A stretch of DNA of 34,359 nt from Urechidicola sp. (GTDB lineage Bacteria; Pseudomonadota; Gammaproteobacteria; GCA-001735895): positions 1-34,359 of the forward strand of contig JBLILW010000002.1 of the NCBI GenBank assembly GCA_047638435.1, in the 5' to 3' direction. Below are positions 33,579 to 34,359 of this stretch, one piece after another. Both the position numbers and the translations under genes were made by a program. Below the pieces are notes generated by a model that saw nothing but the letters and a program-made list of their open reading frames with translations, was not told the origin of the DNA and searched no databases. How positions within the stretch are numbered: position 1 is the stretch's first letter; each line of letters begins with the position of its first letter.

Positions 33579-33953
33579 CTAAGTAGTCGATTCGCCAGCC
33601 ACATACTTCCCCGCGGGTATATCAAGCCGCGCGGCGATAGCTGATGATGCAATAACGGTGACTGTATCGTTCTCGGTATCAACGATATTGAGTCCGCCCT
33701 TGACCGCGTTAACAGTAACGGTACCGAAAGGGATTTGTTTGCGTATGACTGTCTTATCGATTTCATCGGGTTTTTGTACGCCAATGGTGACCTCAACTTG
33801 CATCGAATCTCGGTCAATGCCAAGTGTTCGAAACAACGTTATTGAACTATGGTGCAGCGCATCTTGCACGGCACGAACAGCCGCTTTGGTATAGTCTTCA
33901 CCATATAAGTCATTGCCAGTACCCATTTCTAAAATAATTCTTTGCATTGTCAT
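33579..33953 (-). CDS. Lin0512-family small protein (second of a tandem pair)
   Basis: 124 aa. The N-terminus ILEMGTGNDLYGEDYTKAAVRAVQDALHHSS fits the GxGxDxxG motif I recall for the Lin0512 family (TIGR02058). It is clearly a paralog of the adjacent ORF. Confidence 0.55.
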   Translation of the reverse strand: MTMQRIILEMGTGNDLYGEDYTKAAVRAVQDALHHSSITLFRTLGIDRDSMQVEVTIGVQKPDEIDKTVIRKQIPFGTVTVNAVKGGLNIVDTENDTVTVIASSAIAARLDIPAGKYVAGESTT

Positions 33954-33956
33954 GGC

Positions 33957-34328
33957 TTAATGCTCTGCCTGAGCTGTTTCAAAAATCTCATCAATATCAA
34001 GATAAACCACTGCCGCCGCATTGGCGACAACAGTAACTTTAGTGCCGCAGTCACTAATGATATCCAACCCCCCTTCGACCACATCAACAGTCGCCTGACC
34101 ATAAGGAAGAACCGCTTTAACTTCATCCCTATTTACTAACTCAGGTTTAGCGACCCCTATAGATACCTCGATTTTCATCGCTTCTTTAGGCACGCCAAAT
34201 GCTGGTGCGACAGTAAGAGAGTTGTGCCACAAAGCATCGCGCAAGGCGCGTACCGCTGCTTTGGTATAGTTACCGCCCTGCAAATCAGTTCCCATTCCCA
34301 TCTCTACTACCATTCTTTTATATGTCAT
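33957..34328 (-). CDS. Lin0512-family small protein (first of a tandem pair)
   Basis: 123 aa. VVEMGMGTDLQGGNYTKAAVRALRDALWHNS, IEVSIGVAKPE and VDVVEGGLDI. A 3-nt spacer separates it from the downstream paralog. Confidence 0.55.
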   Translation of the reverse strand: MTYKRMVVEMGMGTDLQGGNYTKAAVRALRDALWHNSLTVAPAFGVPKEAMKIEVSIGVAKPELVNRDEVKAVLPYGQATVDVVEGGLDIISDCGTKVTVVANAAAVVYLDIDEIFETAQAEH

Positions 34329-34359
34329 TTTAACCGCCTATCTTTGATTTGATTTGATT

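Noticed and set aside
1-34359. Search for tRNA, rRNA, CRISPR arrays, integrases, transposases and prophage genes
   Set aside because: I saw no cloverleaf-like conserved tRNA arms, no rRNA-like stretches, no regularly spaced direct repeats, and no ORF with recombinase or transposase motifs. The scan was visual only, so small RNAs could have been missed.

Overview
This is a densely coded chromosomal segment of a Gram-negative, gammaproteobacterial-type genome. I recognised no rRNA, tRNA, CRISPR array, integrase or transposase. Housekeeping anchors are pyrD, ppa, pntA/pntB, a YrfG-like nucleotidase and tpm. The right third holds a complete MoxR-DUF58-DUF4381-BatA-BatB-BatD (Bat/aerotolerance-type) operon, followed by two tandem Lin0512-family genes. 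Five things stand out. (1) At the left edge, an intact 521-aa ORF reads as a TssB-like segment fused to a TssC-like segment that lacks the canonical TssC C-terminus. It sits directly behind an M50 protease, and no other T6SS gene is present in the window. (2) A radical-SAM/Cys-rich ArsS-type gene is followed by one ORF that fuses the two 'rSAM/selenodomain-associated' transferases, and that ORF's stop overlaps the pyrD start. (3) Two ATP-grasp ligase-like ORFs and an MFS-like membrane protein form a same-strand three-gene set. (4) Three genes are independently disrupted: a GGDEF gene with a TAA inside its signature motif, a multiply frameshifted PP2C-TM-FGE-sulfatase gene, and a PEP-mutase/isocitrate-lyase-family gene with a 1-nt frameshift. 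(5) A 130-208 bp intergenic element bounded by inverted repeats occurs twice. All family assignments come from motif recognition by eye on the supplied translations. No database search or computation was run, so they remain hypotheses until checked with profile searches.
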